DNA of 64,000 nucleotides, taken from assembly GCA_965223265.1 (NCBI GenBank), contig OZ244999.1, positions 2,592,001-2,656,000 of the forward strand, written 5' to 3'. The DNA comes from Planctomycetota bacterium (GTDB taxonomy: Bacteria > Planctomycetota > UBA8108 > SXIK01). The notes under the pieces are model-generated. The model was given only the letters and a program-made list of their open reading frames with translations. It was not told where the DNA came from and did no database searches. A program made the position numbers and the translations under genes. Positions 54,109 to 64,000 of the stretch are shown in pieces. Positions within the stretch are counted from its first letter, which is position 1. The number at the start of each line of letters is the position of its first letter.

Positions 54109-55173
54109 CTACTGCGCATTTTGGGCCGTGATGCTGCCAAGCGACGCGCCAAGGTCGACCCCCGTGACGGAGTCTCCCAAAGCGTTGGCCACGACGACCA
54201 TGTTTTTGCAGTCGACTCCTTTGATTCCTGGCGCATGAGCGCCGACGAAGCTGTTGCCGGTGACCACTGCTCCAGCTGCGCCTCGGACGTGCACCCCGGC
54301 GGCGTTTTCTCTGAAGACGTTGCCCGTGAGGCTCCCACCACGGAAGTTCTTTTCGATCAAGACCGCCGCCGCGCCGCTGCTGGCGATGACGTTGCCGGAG
54401 ATTGCTGCTGCCGTCGCCGAATCAAGGTGGATCCCGTGACGGCGGTGATGGCTGATGTTGTTGCCGTTGAGGCAGAGCGTCTTCGTGCGCTGTGCGTTGA
54501 TGGCGTCGCGATTCCTCGCGAATTGGTTCGCGCTGACGACGAGATCACTCGACGCCAGTGTATAGAGTCCATCGAAACCGTTGTCATGCACACTGCTGCC
54601 GAGGACGCGTGGGCCTTCGAATACGTCGAGAAGGCGGATTCCATGCTCGCCGTGATGATCGACCGTCACCCCCCGAATCGAGAGCTCCTTGACGCCTTCG
54701 ACGAAAACCCCATCACCACTCTTCGGGTTGCCGCTGACGCGTAAATCTACGAGCTCAACGTGACTCAAACGCGCGAGGGGTTCGCGAGGCCGGTCCTTGT
54801 GCTCGAGAACGATGGCGTGCTGCTGCTGCTCGTTACGGTTGATGACACGCGTCGCTGCTCCTGCACCTTGGATGCGAGTGTTGTCGGTTATGATCCAAAG
54901 GGGTTGATCGATCTCGTACTCTCCCGGAGGAATCCAGAGGAGGCCTCCGGAGGCCGGCAGAGCTGCGACGGCAGCGTGGAGGTCTGGATAGTCGCTGGCA
55001 TCGATGATTTGACGGGTCGCAGACGGAGAGGCTTCCGCCGGCCTTTGACGCGCAGCGTCCTCCTGGGGCACTTTGCTCTCTTCAGCCTCGGAGTCACGCA
55101 TCGACCGTGCAAGTGCACAAACGGTGAGAGTGACGACGATCGCCCAAAATGTAGGACGTGGTGTGGAGTTCAT
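54109..55173 (-). CDS. Secreted right-handed parallel beta-helix (pectin-lyase-like) protein
   Basis: LHAAVAALPASGGLLWIPPGEY; IQGAGAAT; repeated xxGNxIxxN..GI beta-helix turns. Confidence 0.85.
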   Translation of the reverse strand: MNSTPRPTFWAIVVTLTVCALARSMRDSEAEESKVPQEDAARQRPAEASPSATRQIIDASDYPDLHAAVAALPASGGLLWIPPGEYEIDQPLWIITDNTRIQGAGAATRVINRNEQQQHAIVLEHKDRPREPLARLSHVELVDLRVSGNPKSGDGVFVEGVKELSIRGVTVDHHGEHGIRLLDVFEGPRVLGSSVHDNGFDGLYTLASSDLVVSANQFARNRDAINAQRTKTLCLNGNNISHHRRHGIHLDSATAAAISGNVIASSGAAAVLIEKNFRGGSLTGNVFRENAAGVHVRGAAGAVVTGNSFVGAHAPGIKGVDCKNMVVVANALGDSVTGVDLGASLGSITAQNAQ

Positions 55174-55436
55174 GTGTTGACCTCTGTCGGGTACAAGTGC
55201 CGCGGTGGAGTCGAGTGAATTCAATCGGGGGGCCCCGATGCTGGATCATCGGTTCGATACGTCTGTTTGATTCTCGTCGGACGACGGTCTCGACTCAAGA
55301 CGGTCACGCTCTCGAGCGAATCCTACGTTTCGAGTTTTCTGCTCCTTCTTTGACTCATCTCCAGCACTGCTTCTATACTCACGTTGCTATCCCGAGTGCG
55401 TGGCGTACTGGTCTGTAAGTGACTCACCGAGCTACA

Positions 55437-55476
55437 CCGAACTGTGCCGAACTGTGCCGAACTGTGCCGAACTGTG
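55437..55476. repeat. Perfect 10-bp tandem repeat (CCGAACTGTG)x4
   Basis: Four exact copies; the last supplies the GTG at 55474. Confidence 0.9.
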
Positions 55477-55785
55477 CGACTGCATCCATTCCTAAAAAGC
55501 TGGTTGGCGTGGAACTTCATTTTTTTCACGCTTCAATTCACGGCATTCTGGTTTTTCAGAGAGTTGCCTCGTGAAGGACGTACGTTCGTGAAGTGGTTTT
55601 ACCAACCGGGAATCGAGTTTGTCGAGACGGTGATGCAGCGACCAGCGAGCCAACGTGCGCTCGCGTTTGCACTTCTCGCCGGTCTCTACTCCGCGCTGCC
55701 CGCGGCGCTTGTGGCCTGGTGGCGATGCCGAAAACGCCCAGCGCCGCCGCTGAACCGTAGCACCATCGGCGACCGCATCCGCTGA
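55474..55785 (+). CDS. Small hypothetical membrane protein (2 TM)
   Basis: WLAWNFIFFTLQFTAFWFF and ALAFALLAGLYSALPAALVAWW followed by a basic tail. Start uncertain. Confidence 0.5.
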   Translation: MRLHPFLKSWLAWNFIFFTLQFTAFWFFRELPREGRTFVKWFYQPGIEFVETVMQRPASQRALAFALLAGLYSALPAALVAWWRCRKRPAPPLNRSTIGDRIR

Positions 55786-56030
55786 CTACCTCTCGAGCCC
55801 TGGGAGTCGCGTGTGCGGATTTCCTCCCTGTGTGCGAAAACTCACGCCGTTTCGGCGGATTCGCCGGCATGCTCGTCATTGCGGCTGGAGTTCTGGAGTG
55901 GCACGCTGGTGCTTTACGTTTGCGTTGGTCGCGCTGAGGGTATGTCGTTTGCTATGCTGGGGAGTGAGATGCAGGGTGGGGGCGCTGACGAGTCACCGAG
56001 GACACGCCCCCAAACTCGAGGCTAAGCTGC

Positions 56031-57206
56031 ATGATCCGTAAAGCGTACCGTCTGCCGTTCAGACTGCTGGGAATACCCGTCGATCTTGACATCTCGTTTC
56101 TTCTCGTGCTGCCGCTGTTGGCATGGATGATCGCGACGAACATTCCTGCCTACATTGAGACCTTTGGCCTCGAGATTGATCCGGAAACACTCACCCAAGC
56201 GGCGCACCCGCTCGTTCTCGGGTTGATCGCTGCGCTTGGACTTTTCGTCAGCGTCGTGATCCATGAGCTCGGTCACTGCGTTGTTGGGCGATACTTTGGG
56301 ATGGAGATCACGTCGATCACGCTGTGGCTTCTTGGCGGTGTTGCGCAGTTCAAGGAAATGTCACGACGTCCCGGCGTCGAAGCGATTGTGGCGATCGCTG
56401 GGCCTCTGACGAGTTACGCGCTGGGTGGTCTCGGGTGGGTGCTGTTGGCTCTCTCGTCTCGGGAGATTCCAGTCCTTCAGTTTCTTCTCTCATACCTCGC
56501 CTGGATGAACGTGATTGTTGCCACGTTCAATCTCGTGCCCGCAATGCCGCTCGACGGTGGACGCGTCCTTCGTTCGCTCCTCGCACTCCGGATGACGCGC
56601 ATCGACGCGACACGCGCTGCGCTGGGCGTTAGCCGCACCCTCGCTTTCCTCTTTGGGCTTCTTGGCCTCGTCTCCTTCAACGTGTTCTTGCTCCTCGTGG
56701 CGTTTTTCGTCTACATGGCGGCGACCAGTGAGACGCAAGTGGAGACAGTGCGATCGATGCTGCGAGACATCCGAGTGCGCGATGTGATGACGCGCGATGT
56801 CAAGTTCGTTCGATCTGGAACAGATGTCTCACAACTTCTCGAGAAGATGTTCACGGAAAAGCATCTCGCCTATCCTGTTCTCGATGCCTCCGGAGATGCA
56901 GTCGGCATCGTCACACTCAAAGAGATCTACGATCACGGAGCGACTCAAGACGGCGGCGGCGATGTCGATGTCGCCTCAGTGATGACGGATTTTGCTACGA
57001 TCGATCCGAACGATAGCGCCTTCGATGCATTCACGCGAATCAGTCAACATCCGACCGGGCGCCTGTTGGTGCGTGATGGGAGCGGGCGTGTGGTGGGGAT
57101 ACTCAGTAAGACCGATCTAGTCCAGGTGATCCAATTGCGAACAGTCGGCGAAGCGTTGACGCAGAAGACGGCGAACGCTGAGCAACAACGGCAGAGCCTC
57201 GAGTGA
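56031..57206 (+). CDS. Site-2 protease (peptidase M50) with CBS pair
   Basis: HELGH zinc motif; AIAGP; FNLVPAMPLDGGR; VRDVMTRDV and VVGILSKTDL CBS motifs. Confidence 0.93.
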   Translation: MIRKAYRLPFRLLGIPVDLDISFLLVLPLLAWMIATNIPAYIETFGLEIDPETLTQAAHPLVLGLIAALGLFVSVVIHELGHCVVGRYFGMEITSITLWLLGGVAQFKEMSRRPGVEAIVAIAGPLTSYALGGLGWVLLALSSREIPVLQFLLSYLAWMNVIVATFNLVPAMPLDGGRVLRSLLALRMTRIDATRAALGVSRTLAFLFGLLGLVSFNVFLLLVAFFVYMAATSETQVETVRSMLRDIRVRDVMTRDVKFVRSGTDVSQLLEKMFTEKHLAYPVLDASGDAVGIVTLKEIYDHGATQDGGGDVDVASVMTDFATIDPNDSAFDAFTRISQHPTGRLLVRDGSGRVVGILSKTDLVQVIQLRTVGEALTQKTANAEQQRQSLE

Positions 57207-57309
57207 GTCGATGAGACGTTCGGTGAAATCGATCCGTGTCGCCGCACCGAAGCGGCAGACAGCATGTGGCGGTCTTGGATCGTGGTGCATGTGGCTGAGG
57301 TCGGGAAAC

Positions 57310-59772
57310 ATGGGTGCAGTAGCAAGACTGGCATCGATCCTGCTGTGTGCGTGGTCCGGTACAGCCACTGCGGCGCCACAAGCGCTGGAGTGGACGGGCC
57401 AGGGAAGCTTGAGGCTACTGGTCCGGGTTGGGCCAGTCGTCCTTGATGGCCGTGAGCGCGACGAATCGGTCGCGGTCTACGAGTTGGATTTTGATAAGTT
57501 GCTCGACGAACGCTCGGCAGCAGGCGTCGTCGATCTCTCCACACTCCAGGTGCACCGCTACGACACCACGACCGGTAGGGCCATACGGTTTGGAGCGCGC
57601 ACTGACCCGAAGCGTCCGTTCGACCACCCATGCCGATTCGACGACGAGCTCGCATCGAGTGACTATCGTAGCCGCGTCGGCCGCGCCTCGAACTATCCCA
57701 ACGGACGACCTCCAATCACGGTCCGCCGGGGTAAAGCACGACTCTTCAACCGTGAGCACGACAGCCGTTCCGGGCGCATCGTGTGGGTTCACACGCAAGA
57801 GAGCAACGAGCCTTCTCATTATGCGATTTACTTCGACGTCCGCACGCGCTCTACCGCCACCGGCCCGGCGCCTGCTCCCTGGATTGGTGACGTCGACGTG
57901 CTGCGCCGACGCCGCGGTCAATCTCTCGGAGGCTTAGCTCATCTAACGACGGCGGTGGGGGACTTCGATGGTGACGGTCTGTTCGATCTGATCGCCGGTG
58001 CTGAGAAGGGTGATTTGATGTGGTTTCCCAATCGTGGCGAGGTGGGAAAACCGCGATTCATCGGCTGTCGTCTGCTCTTTGACGCCGACGGTCCGCTCGA
58101 CACCGGCTGGTACGGAGCGCCGTTTCTCTTCGACTGGGACGCCGACGGGCTACCGGATCTTCTCGTCGGCACCAGCGGCAACGTGATCGTCTGGTGGAGG
58201 AACGTCGGTCAAAGGCGAGCTCCGGCTCTCGAGTATCGCGGCTTCGTTAGCGCCGACGGCGGCCGTCTGGAAGTGCCCGAGTCGCCCGTGGCAGAGGACG
58301 CCACCGGAATTTTCGCCCGCGATTACTACAATCAGCCGTGGGTCGGCGATTGGGATGGAGATGGCTTACCAGACATTCTCACCGGCGGTTACACGACGGG
58401 TCACGTCTTCTACTATCGCGCCATTCGGCGAGACGCGCTGGGAGTTCCCGTTCTTAAGTACGTGGGCCCTATTCAAGCTGACGGGATGCCGCTGGATACG
58501 ACGTGGGCCGCATCGCCGCTGGCCGGCGACTTCAATGGCGATGGAAAACTCGAGCTTCTCACAGGCTCGTGGTGGTGGTCAGGAATCTCCCGGAAACCCG
58601 ATCCTGGTGAGGCTGACTACCTGATGTACTACAGGAACTCGAGTCCGTCGGAGATTCCTTCGCTTCAGCGCACTGCATTTCCGCAGCTCGGACGTTTTCC
58701 CCGCGGTGTGATTGCTCGCCCCTCTGCGGTCGACTGGAACGACGATGGCCTCATCGATCTAGTGGTCAGCGACAACGGTGGCAACATATACCGGTTTTTG
58801 AACGTCGGCACATCGACCGAGCCGAAGTGGGATATGAACGCTGAGCCGCTCACCGCGCCGTGGGGATTCTTGCGTGGTTACGGGTTGGCAACTAGTGCAG
58901 CCGATCTCGATGGCGACGGAAACGTCGAGACGATTTCAGCGAGCACACTGCAGCGCATCGTCGGTTCGCCGCATGCGCCACGCGTCGAGCCGTGCGGGCA
59001 GGCGCTCGTGGGTGGGCGACCCATCGAGCACGCTGGCCCGGGTTACGGCGATCCCTACGCCTTCTCGATCCTCAGCGACTGGGACGGGGACGGCCGCGCC
59101 GACATCCTGTGGGCGACACACCAAGGAAACGTGTTTCTGCATCGCCATCTCGGCGGCACCGACCCGTTCGAGTTTGCCCCGGGCGTGACTCTTCGACTCG
59201 TGAACGGCGCGGAGCTACAGCTGGGGCCACGCGCAGTGGCAGATGCCAGCGAGGCCGCCGACTTCACGATTCTGCAAGGCTCTCGGCTGAAACTCGCAAC
59301 GGCCGATGTTGACGTCGACGGGATCGTTGATTTGATCGCCACAGAGACGTTCGCGAACGTTTGGGTGTTCAGAAACACTCGTGCTGGCGGGAGCGACACC
59401 TTAGCTCCCGGCGTCAACGTCTACAAGTTGGCGTCGCGTACGGCAGCGATCAATACGATCGACTGGAATCGCGATGGCAAACCCGACTTGATCACGGGTG
59501 GTAGCGCGAGTCGGCCGGGGGCGGTCCTGTTGAATCGAAGTGAAGTGGGTGAACCTGCTTTTGGTGCGCCCATCCAGCCGCTCGACTTGCCGTACGTCTT
59601 TTGGGGACCTCGGTTCCAAGCGGTCGATTGGAATCGTGATGGTGACGAAGATCTTCTGATTCAAAGCGAGTTTTACTCGTTTTGGGCCGAACGGTCGTTC
59701 ATAGACCACGGCTACCGGATCGCGCGCGTGATCGGCGACGGTACTCTTGAGGTGCGACGAAAGGGTCTTTGA
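57310..59772 (+). CDS. Secreted FG-GAP/VCBS repeat beta-propeller protein
   Basis: Many D[WF]DGDG..D[LI] repeats; signal peptide. Start may be 57211. Confidence 0.85.
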   Translation: MGAVARLASILLCAWSGTATAAPQALEWTGQGSLRLLVRVGPVVLDGRERDESVAVYELDFDKLLDERSAAGVVDLSTLQVHRYDTTTGRAIRFGARTDPKRPFDHPCRFDDELASSDYRSRVGRASNYPNGRPPITVRRGKARLFNREHDSRSGRIVWVHTQESNEPSHYAIYFDVRTRSTATGPAPAPWIGDVDVLRRRRGQSLGGLAHLTTAVGDFDGDGLFDLIAGAEKGDLMWFPNRGEVGKPRFIGCRLLFDADGPLDTGWYGAPFLFDWDADGLPDLLVGTSGNVIVWWRNVGQRRAPALEYRGFVSADGGRLEVPESPVAEDATGIFARDYYNQPWVGDWDGDGLPDILTGGYTTGHVFYYRAIRRDALGVPVLKYVGPIQADGMPLDTTWAASPLAGDFNGDGKLELLTGSWWWSGISRKPDPGEADYLMYYRNSSPSEIPSLQRTAFPQLGRFPRGVIARPSAVDWNDDGLIDLVVSDNGGNIYRFLNVGTSTEPKWDMNAEPLTAPWGFLRGYGLATSAADLDGDGNVETISASTLQRIVGSPHAPRVEPCGQALVGGRPIEHAGPGYGDPYAFSILSDWDGDGRADILWATHQGNVFLHRHLGGTDPFEFAPGVTLRLVNGAELQLGPRAVADASEAADFTILQGSRLKLATADVDVDGIVDLIATETFANVWVFRNTRAGGSDTLAPGVNVYKLASRTAAINTIDWNRDGKPDLITGGSASRPGAVLLNRSEVGEPAFGAPIQPLDLPYVFWGPRFQAVDWNRDGDEDLLIQSEFYSFWAERSFIDHGYRIARVIGDGTLEVRRKGL

Positions 59773-59865
59773 ATCCCGCGAAACTCGTCCAGCGAGGCCG
59801 GCGGGAATGGCCAGACTCGAGGTTATGCGGCATCGAGTTGATCAACCACTCAGCTCTTCATACCA

Positions 59866-61467
59866 TCAGCTGAGATAACGGACATGCACATGGGCATTCT
59901 CGATGGTGATGGGGCGCCGCGCCGTGCTCGTGCGTTTGGCGATCACAACGGTGACTTCGTTGACGCCTTGCTTGACGGTTTTGGGCTCGATCGGTAGTGC
60001 GAGCCAGCCATCCTCTCTTTGGAACTCAGTGTCATGACTCCAGTCGTTGAACAGAATGGTCATGCGATCGCCTCGCGTCGCGCCGCTCGCCTGGACGCGT
60101 AGATTGACGTCGCGCAGATAGTCGCCCGCGAGTGCTGCGCGTACATCATCACCGACGCGTACCGGGATCACCGCCGCGTCGCCGGCGCCTGTTCCGAGCC
60201 GCTGGGGCAATGGCGCTCGCGCGCTGGCCCGCTGGTACTGTTCCCAGACGCTCCGGTTGACAGCGAAGGTCTTGTCCAGACGCCGAAGATTCTGTGGTGC
60301 AGAAATCTCTGTCAAGACGTCGCGATAGAGCTGCGAGCTCGGCTGTCCGTAGCCCAATTTGCCTGGCGCGTCGATGTAGTGGAAGTTCCACAGGTAGATG
60401 CCGTCAGCTCCGGCCCACCATAGATTCGACGCCGCAGCGCGAAGGTTGCCACCGCCGAGGTCATAGTTCGCCGGACAGTTGATGCACGGGTAGACCGGGA
60501 CGTCGTACCGGTGGCCGAGGCGAATGAGTTCCTCGGCCGGAGTGGAATAGCAGACGTACCCGCCACCAGTCAACAAGCGGTCGACAAGGCCTTCGCGAAG
60601 CCAAGTCTCGAGGTCGATACCGATACGGTGGCACGCCTCGAGCGTGCCAGGCACGCGAGCGCCGAGTAGGACGGCTCGGCCGCGCCGTCGGCCGACGACG
60701 TCAAGTCGTCGACGGGCTTCGCGCACCATCTCTGTCATGAGGGGCGCTCCCGCCTCTTCCTCGCCGAGGCGAAAGTAAAACGGCATACGAAAGAAGTTGA
60801 GATCGACGCCCGCAAACCCGTAGCTCTGAGCGGTGTGTGCGATCCACCAGAGCCGATCGTCGCGAACTCGTTTGTGAGCGAAGTTGAGCCCTGACCAACT
60901 TGCCGCGGAAAGTCCATCGCTGGGTTTGCCGCGCTGGCGTTCGTGGCCAATGAGAAGCTCTGGGTGTTCCACTTTGAGCGGGTAGACGAGCTTGGGGAAG
61001 GGAAGGCCGAACGCGTCGTGGCAGTCGTTCATGCGCAGCGAGCCAAAGATCTCGATGTCGCGTTCGCGTCCGAAGTCAGCAACGACGGTGCTGGGGTCTG
61101 GCATGTTTTCTTGGAATGGAACGCCCTGCTTCTGGTTCTGCCAGTAGCGAACTTCTGTCTGCCCTTTTTTCGCGATGCCCCACATCATGCACCACGCGAT
61201 GCTGTCGATGCCGACAGCTGCTGCATCCTGCATGCGCAAGCGCAAGAACGCATCTGGGCCTTCGCGTGCGGCGTCGGCGTACACGAGATCGCCATCGTCG
61301 TCGAGAATCAAAGCGCGCTTCCGCCAGGCCGCTTCGCGCCGTGCCGTCACCCTCGCGGGATTTGACGACCGGAGGTGTGTCCTACACCCGAGAGCTGCCG
61401 CGCTGCCGCCGGCCACGAGGGCTGCGGAGAGGAACGAGCGTCGAGGGATTTCTCTTGAGTCGATCAT
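59866..61467 (-). CDS. Tat-exported GHL10-like TIM-barrel glycoside hydrolase-like protein
   Basis: PRRSFL Tat signal; LILDDDG; GSLRMNDCH; LNFAHKRVRD; GVDLNFFR; GIDLETWLREGLVD; GADGIYLWNF. Confidence 0.72.
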   Translation of the reverse strand: MIDSREIPRRSFLSAALVAGGSAAALGCRTHLRSSNPARVTARREAAWRKRALILDDDGDLVYADAAREGPDAFLRLRMQDAAAVGIDSIAWCMMWGIAKKGQTEVRYWQNQKQGVPFQENMPDPSTVVADFGRERDIEIFGSLRMNDCHDAFGLPFPKLVYPLKVEHPELLIGHERQRGKPSDGLSAASWSGLNFAHKRVRDDRLWWIAHTAQSYGFAGVDLNFFRMPFYFRLGEEEAGAPLMTEMVREARRRLDVVGRRRGRAVLLGARVPGTLEACHRIGIDLETWLREGLVDRLLTGGGYVCYSTPAEELIRLGHRYDVPVYPCINCPANYDLGGGNLRAAASNLWWAGADGIYLWNFHYIDAPGKLGYGQPSSQLYRDVLTEISAPQNLRRLDKTFAVNRSVWEQYQRASARAPLPQRLGTGAGDAAVIPVRVGDDVRAALAGDYLRDVNLRVQASGATRGDRMTILFNDWSHDTEFQREDGWLALPIEPKTVKQGVNEVTVVIAKRTSTARRPITIENAHVHVRYLS

Positions 61468-61567
61468 ATCGCGGTATGGGCCTTCGATGCGCAGTGTGCC
61501 TGCTGGCTGACCTGTCGCTCGGCGCACGGCTCCAACTCGCGGCCGCTCGACGCGACTCTTGTGTGGT

Positions 61568-62770
61568 TCATTTGTCGGTGCGCCGCGCCGCAACCACTCC
61601 CATCATGATTTGCGACTTGGCCGGCAGCCGAGGTACGACCACGACCGAAAGCGCTGGTGGCTGTTCCGGGAAGTGCGTCTCGTAGGCGGAGGCGACGGCG
61701 CCTGCATCAGTCTCTGCTGCTAGATAGATGCGAACGTCGACGACGTCGCTTAGACTCAACTCACCGGCGCTAAGAATCGCGCTCATCCACTCGACGGCGG
61801 AATCGACCTGCTCTCTCAGCTCGCCATTGCGGCGAAAAATCCCGGCGAGGTGGAGCGTGCCTCCACTGAGGAGACCGCGACTGTAACTGCTGCTCGGGGG
61901 CTGTCCTGCGCCAATGACTGCCCGACGGGAGCTACGGCTTGCGATCATCGTGATTTCGACCGGCGAGCCGAGTGGAAGCGCCGCAACACTCATCGGCAGA
62001 CGTGCAGGCTTCGGATCCTGCGTGATTTTCGTCAGATAGGCGGCGCTTGCAGCGCCAAACTGATCGGCATCCGTCATGTAGAGGTATGCTGAGACGACGT
62101 TCGAGAAATCCATTTCGGCCGCCTTGAGGACTTGATGGATATTCTCGAGCGTTTGGAGTACATGCGCGCTTGTGTCGCCGTCGATGAGCTTGCCGGTCTG
62201 TGGGTCGATGCCGACGTGCCCAGAGAGATAGAGTGTGTCGCCGGCGAGGACTCCCGGACTGAAAGGTAAACCGGCCTTTGCGTCGCCAGGAGGATGGATC
62301 ACCTTTTTGGGGCCCTTCACCGCGACCATCGAGATCTGCACTGGCGATCCGTCCGGCAGAGCGGCGACGCCGAGTGTTGTGCGTGTGGGAAAGCGTTCGC
62401 CAAAAAAGCTGCCGTAGGCCTCGTTCATGGCGCTGTAGTGCCCGAGATCCGTGAGCCAAACCTGTGCCGCGACGACGTCGGAAAAATCGAACTCCGCCAT
62501 CTCGAGTTGGCGTTTGAGCTTTTGCATGACGACGTTCGTCGCCGCTTGAAGATCACCTGGGTGGTCGCCGGTGACGGGATCCCGGCTTCCCTGGGCGGAA
62601 AGGTAGAGTGTATCCCCGATGCGGACCGCGTCACGCTGTGGTGGCGCTCCGTCCGCTGCAAGATCCTTCGTTGCCGAGGGCGCCATAGGCGCCGCGAACA
62701 ATGCCAGCGCGGCAACGAGCCAGTGCAAGAGGGATTTTGTCCGAATCGGTCGGGACTTGAAGGTCTTCAT
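61568..62770 (-). CDS. Exported RidA/YjgF family protein with three tandem domains
   Basis: Signal peptide; three units starting GDTLYLSAQG, GDTLYLSGHVG, GGTLHLAG and ending PTRTTLGVAALP, PARLPMSVAALP, PALSVVVVPRLP. Confidence 0.85.
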   Translation of the reverse strand: MKTFKSRPIRTKSLLHWLVAALALFAAPMAPSATKDLAADGAPPQRDAVRIGDTLYLSAQGSRDPVTGDHPGDLQAATNVVMQKLKRQLEMAEFDFSDVVAAQVWLTDLGHYSAMNEAYGSFFGERFPTRTTLGVAALPDGSPVQISMVAVKGPKKVIHPPGDAKAGLPFSPGVLAGDTLYLSGHVGIDPQTGKLIDGDTSAHVLQTLENIHQVLKAAEMDFSNVVSAYLYMTDADQFGAASAAYLTKITQDPKPARLPMSVAALPLGSPVEITMIASRSSRRAVIGAGQPPSSSYSRGLLSGGTLHLAGIFRRNGELREQVDSAVEWMSAILSAGELSLSDVVDVRIYLAAETDAGAVASAYETHFPEQPPALSVVVVPRLPAKSQIMMGVVAARRTDK

Positions 62771-63057
62771 GGAATGGGTCTCGGTGGGTCTTTCAGGTAC
62801 AGGCGTGCATCAAAACCGATCGCTGTGCCAGCGCGCAATGGTTTCCTGTCGGACTCGACTGCTTCGAGTTTGTCGGGAAGTGCCATGCACAGTTTCTTCT
62901 TCCGCCAGCTAGTCGCTTTGGGTGAAGAGGAGCAGAGAGTTCGCCAAATGGCCGTCACACACGGCGCTCGCGTGCGGCACGCTCCAGGCCCGTGGCACCC
63001 GTTTCTCAGCCCGATGGGCTCGCCGGACACGACAGTTGTGTCTATTATGTACGCACT

Positions 63058-64000
63058 ATGATCTACACAAAACGAATGTCCATCGGCACAGGCTTGCTCG
63101 CGCTCAGCCTCCTCACTTCTTTCGCGGTTTCGCTTTCGGCACGGCCCGTCGATTTTTCGCAAGGCGTGATTGTCGGTGCCTCTGATGACCTTCCAGCGAA
63201 GACTCTTGTCATGCTGCAGGAGGAAATCGAGGAGCGGACTTCAGTCCGGTTGCCGATCTCGTTCGCCGTGCCCGACGAACGACCGACGATTCTCGTCGGC
63301 ACGCGGCGAAGCTTTGCCAGCGGAGGCGTCGCAATCCCGCCCGGGATTGATTTGCCGTCAAAAAGTGAAGGATTCGCGGCTTGGGTCGACGAACGGCGCT
63401 CTCCGGCACCTGCCGTCTACCTGGTCGGTCACGATGGCCGTGGGGCTCTCTTTGCGGTCGGCCGTTTGCTTCGAGAGTTGACTCTTGCGAAAGGACGCAT
63501 CGAGATTGACTCGGGCTTCGCTCTGTCGCGTGCTCCACGCTATCCGATTCGTGGACATCAGATCGGATACCGTCACACGGCGAACACGTACGATGCCTGG
63601 AGCGTCGAGATGTACGAACAGTACATTCGCGACATGATCCTTTTTGGCGCCAACAGCGTCGAGATCATTCAAGAGGGCGGGCGCGAACACCGCGACGGAC
63701 CCGTTCTGAGTGAGACGCAATGGACGATGAACGTCAAGCTCACTCGCATGATCGAGGACTATGGCATCGATATTTGGCTCTGGGAACCGCTCCTGGCAGA
63801 CGTCCGAGACCCGGACGTCGCTGCGTCAGAACTGAAGCGACGCCAAGAGTTCTATGCTGAATGCGATCGTATTGATCACGTCATGGTGCCGGGAGGAGAT
63901 CCCGGCCACACCGATCCGGCGGTTCTGATGCCGTGGTTAGAACGACACGCTGCGGCACTACACCAAGAGTTCCCCGACGCGGGCCTCTGGGTGTCTCACC
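63058..64000 (+). CDS. Secreted glycoside-hydrolase-like protein (GH20/GH67-type N-terminal zincin-like domain plus TIM barrel), 3' truncated
   Basis: Own translation, absent from the ORF track because no stop lies in the window: MIYTKRMSIGTGLLALSLL...EGFAAW...GHDGRGALFAVGRLLR...APRYPIRGHQIGYRHTANTYDAW...YIRDMILFGANSVEI. Confidence 0.75.
   Translation, partial: MIYTKRMSIGTGLLALSLLTSFAVSLSARPVDFSQGVIVGASDDLPAKTLVMLQEEIEERTSVRLPISFAVPDERPTILVGTRRSFASGGVAIPPGIDLPSKSEGFAAWVDERRSPAPAVYLVGHDGRGALFAVGRLLRELTLAKGRIEIDSGFALSRAPRYPIRGHQIGYRHTANTYDAWSVEMYEQYIRDMILFGANSVEIIQEGGREHRDGPVLSETQWTMNVKLTRMIEDYGIDIWLWEPLLADVRDPDVAASELKRRQEFYAECDRIDHVMVPGGDPGHTDPAVLMPWLERHAAALHQEFPDAGLWVSH

Overview
A GC-rich bacterial chromosomal segment, most likely from an uncultured Planctomycetota. 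That assignment is inferred from two DUF1501 genes, many Tat-signal enzymes, CotH/lamin-tail proteins and Cys-capped dockerin-like C-termini. It holds about 38 protein-coding genes, nearly all accessory secreted, periplasmic or carbohydrate-related proteins; I saw no rRNA, tRNA, CRISPR array or transposase. Main observations: (1) five secreted proteins, mostly with unrelated passenger domains, end in the same dockerin-like, Cys-containing module; (2) a ~168-bp non-autonomous MITE-like element occurs at four loci in graded states of decay, and one copy sits in a duplicated CTAG that separates the start codon from a multiheme-cytochrome/FGE-like lipoprotein gene; (3) a DUF5666-DUF6502 operon is preceded by an AT-rich TGGGA-N6-TCCCA palindrome, a candidate operator; (4) several unusual architectures occur, including an exported triple-RidA protein, a Tat-exported tandem SIS-like protein, a circularly permuted jelly-roll domain, a 2105-aa secreted protein and a Cys-repeat/Gly-Asp-Asp protein. 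All family calls come from motif recognition by eye, not database searches.
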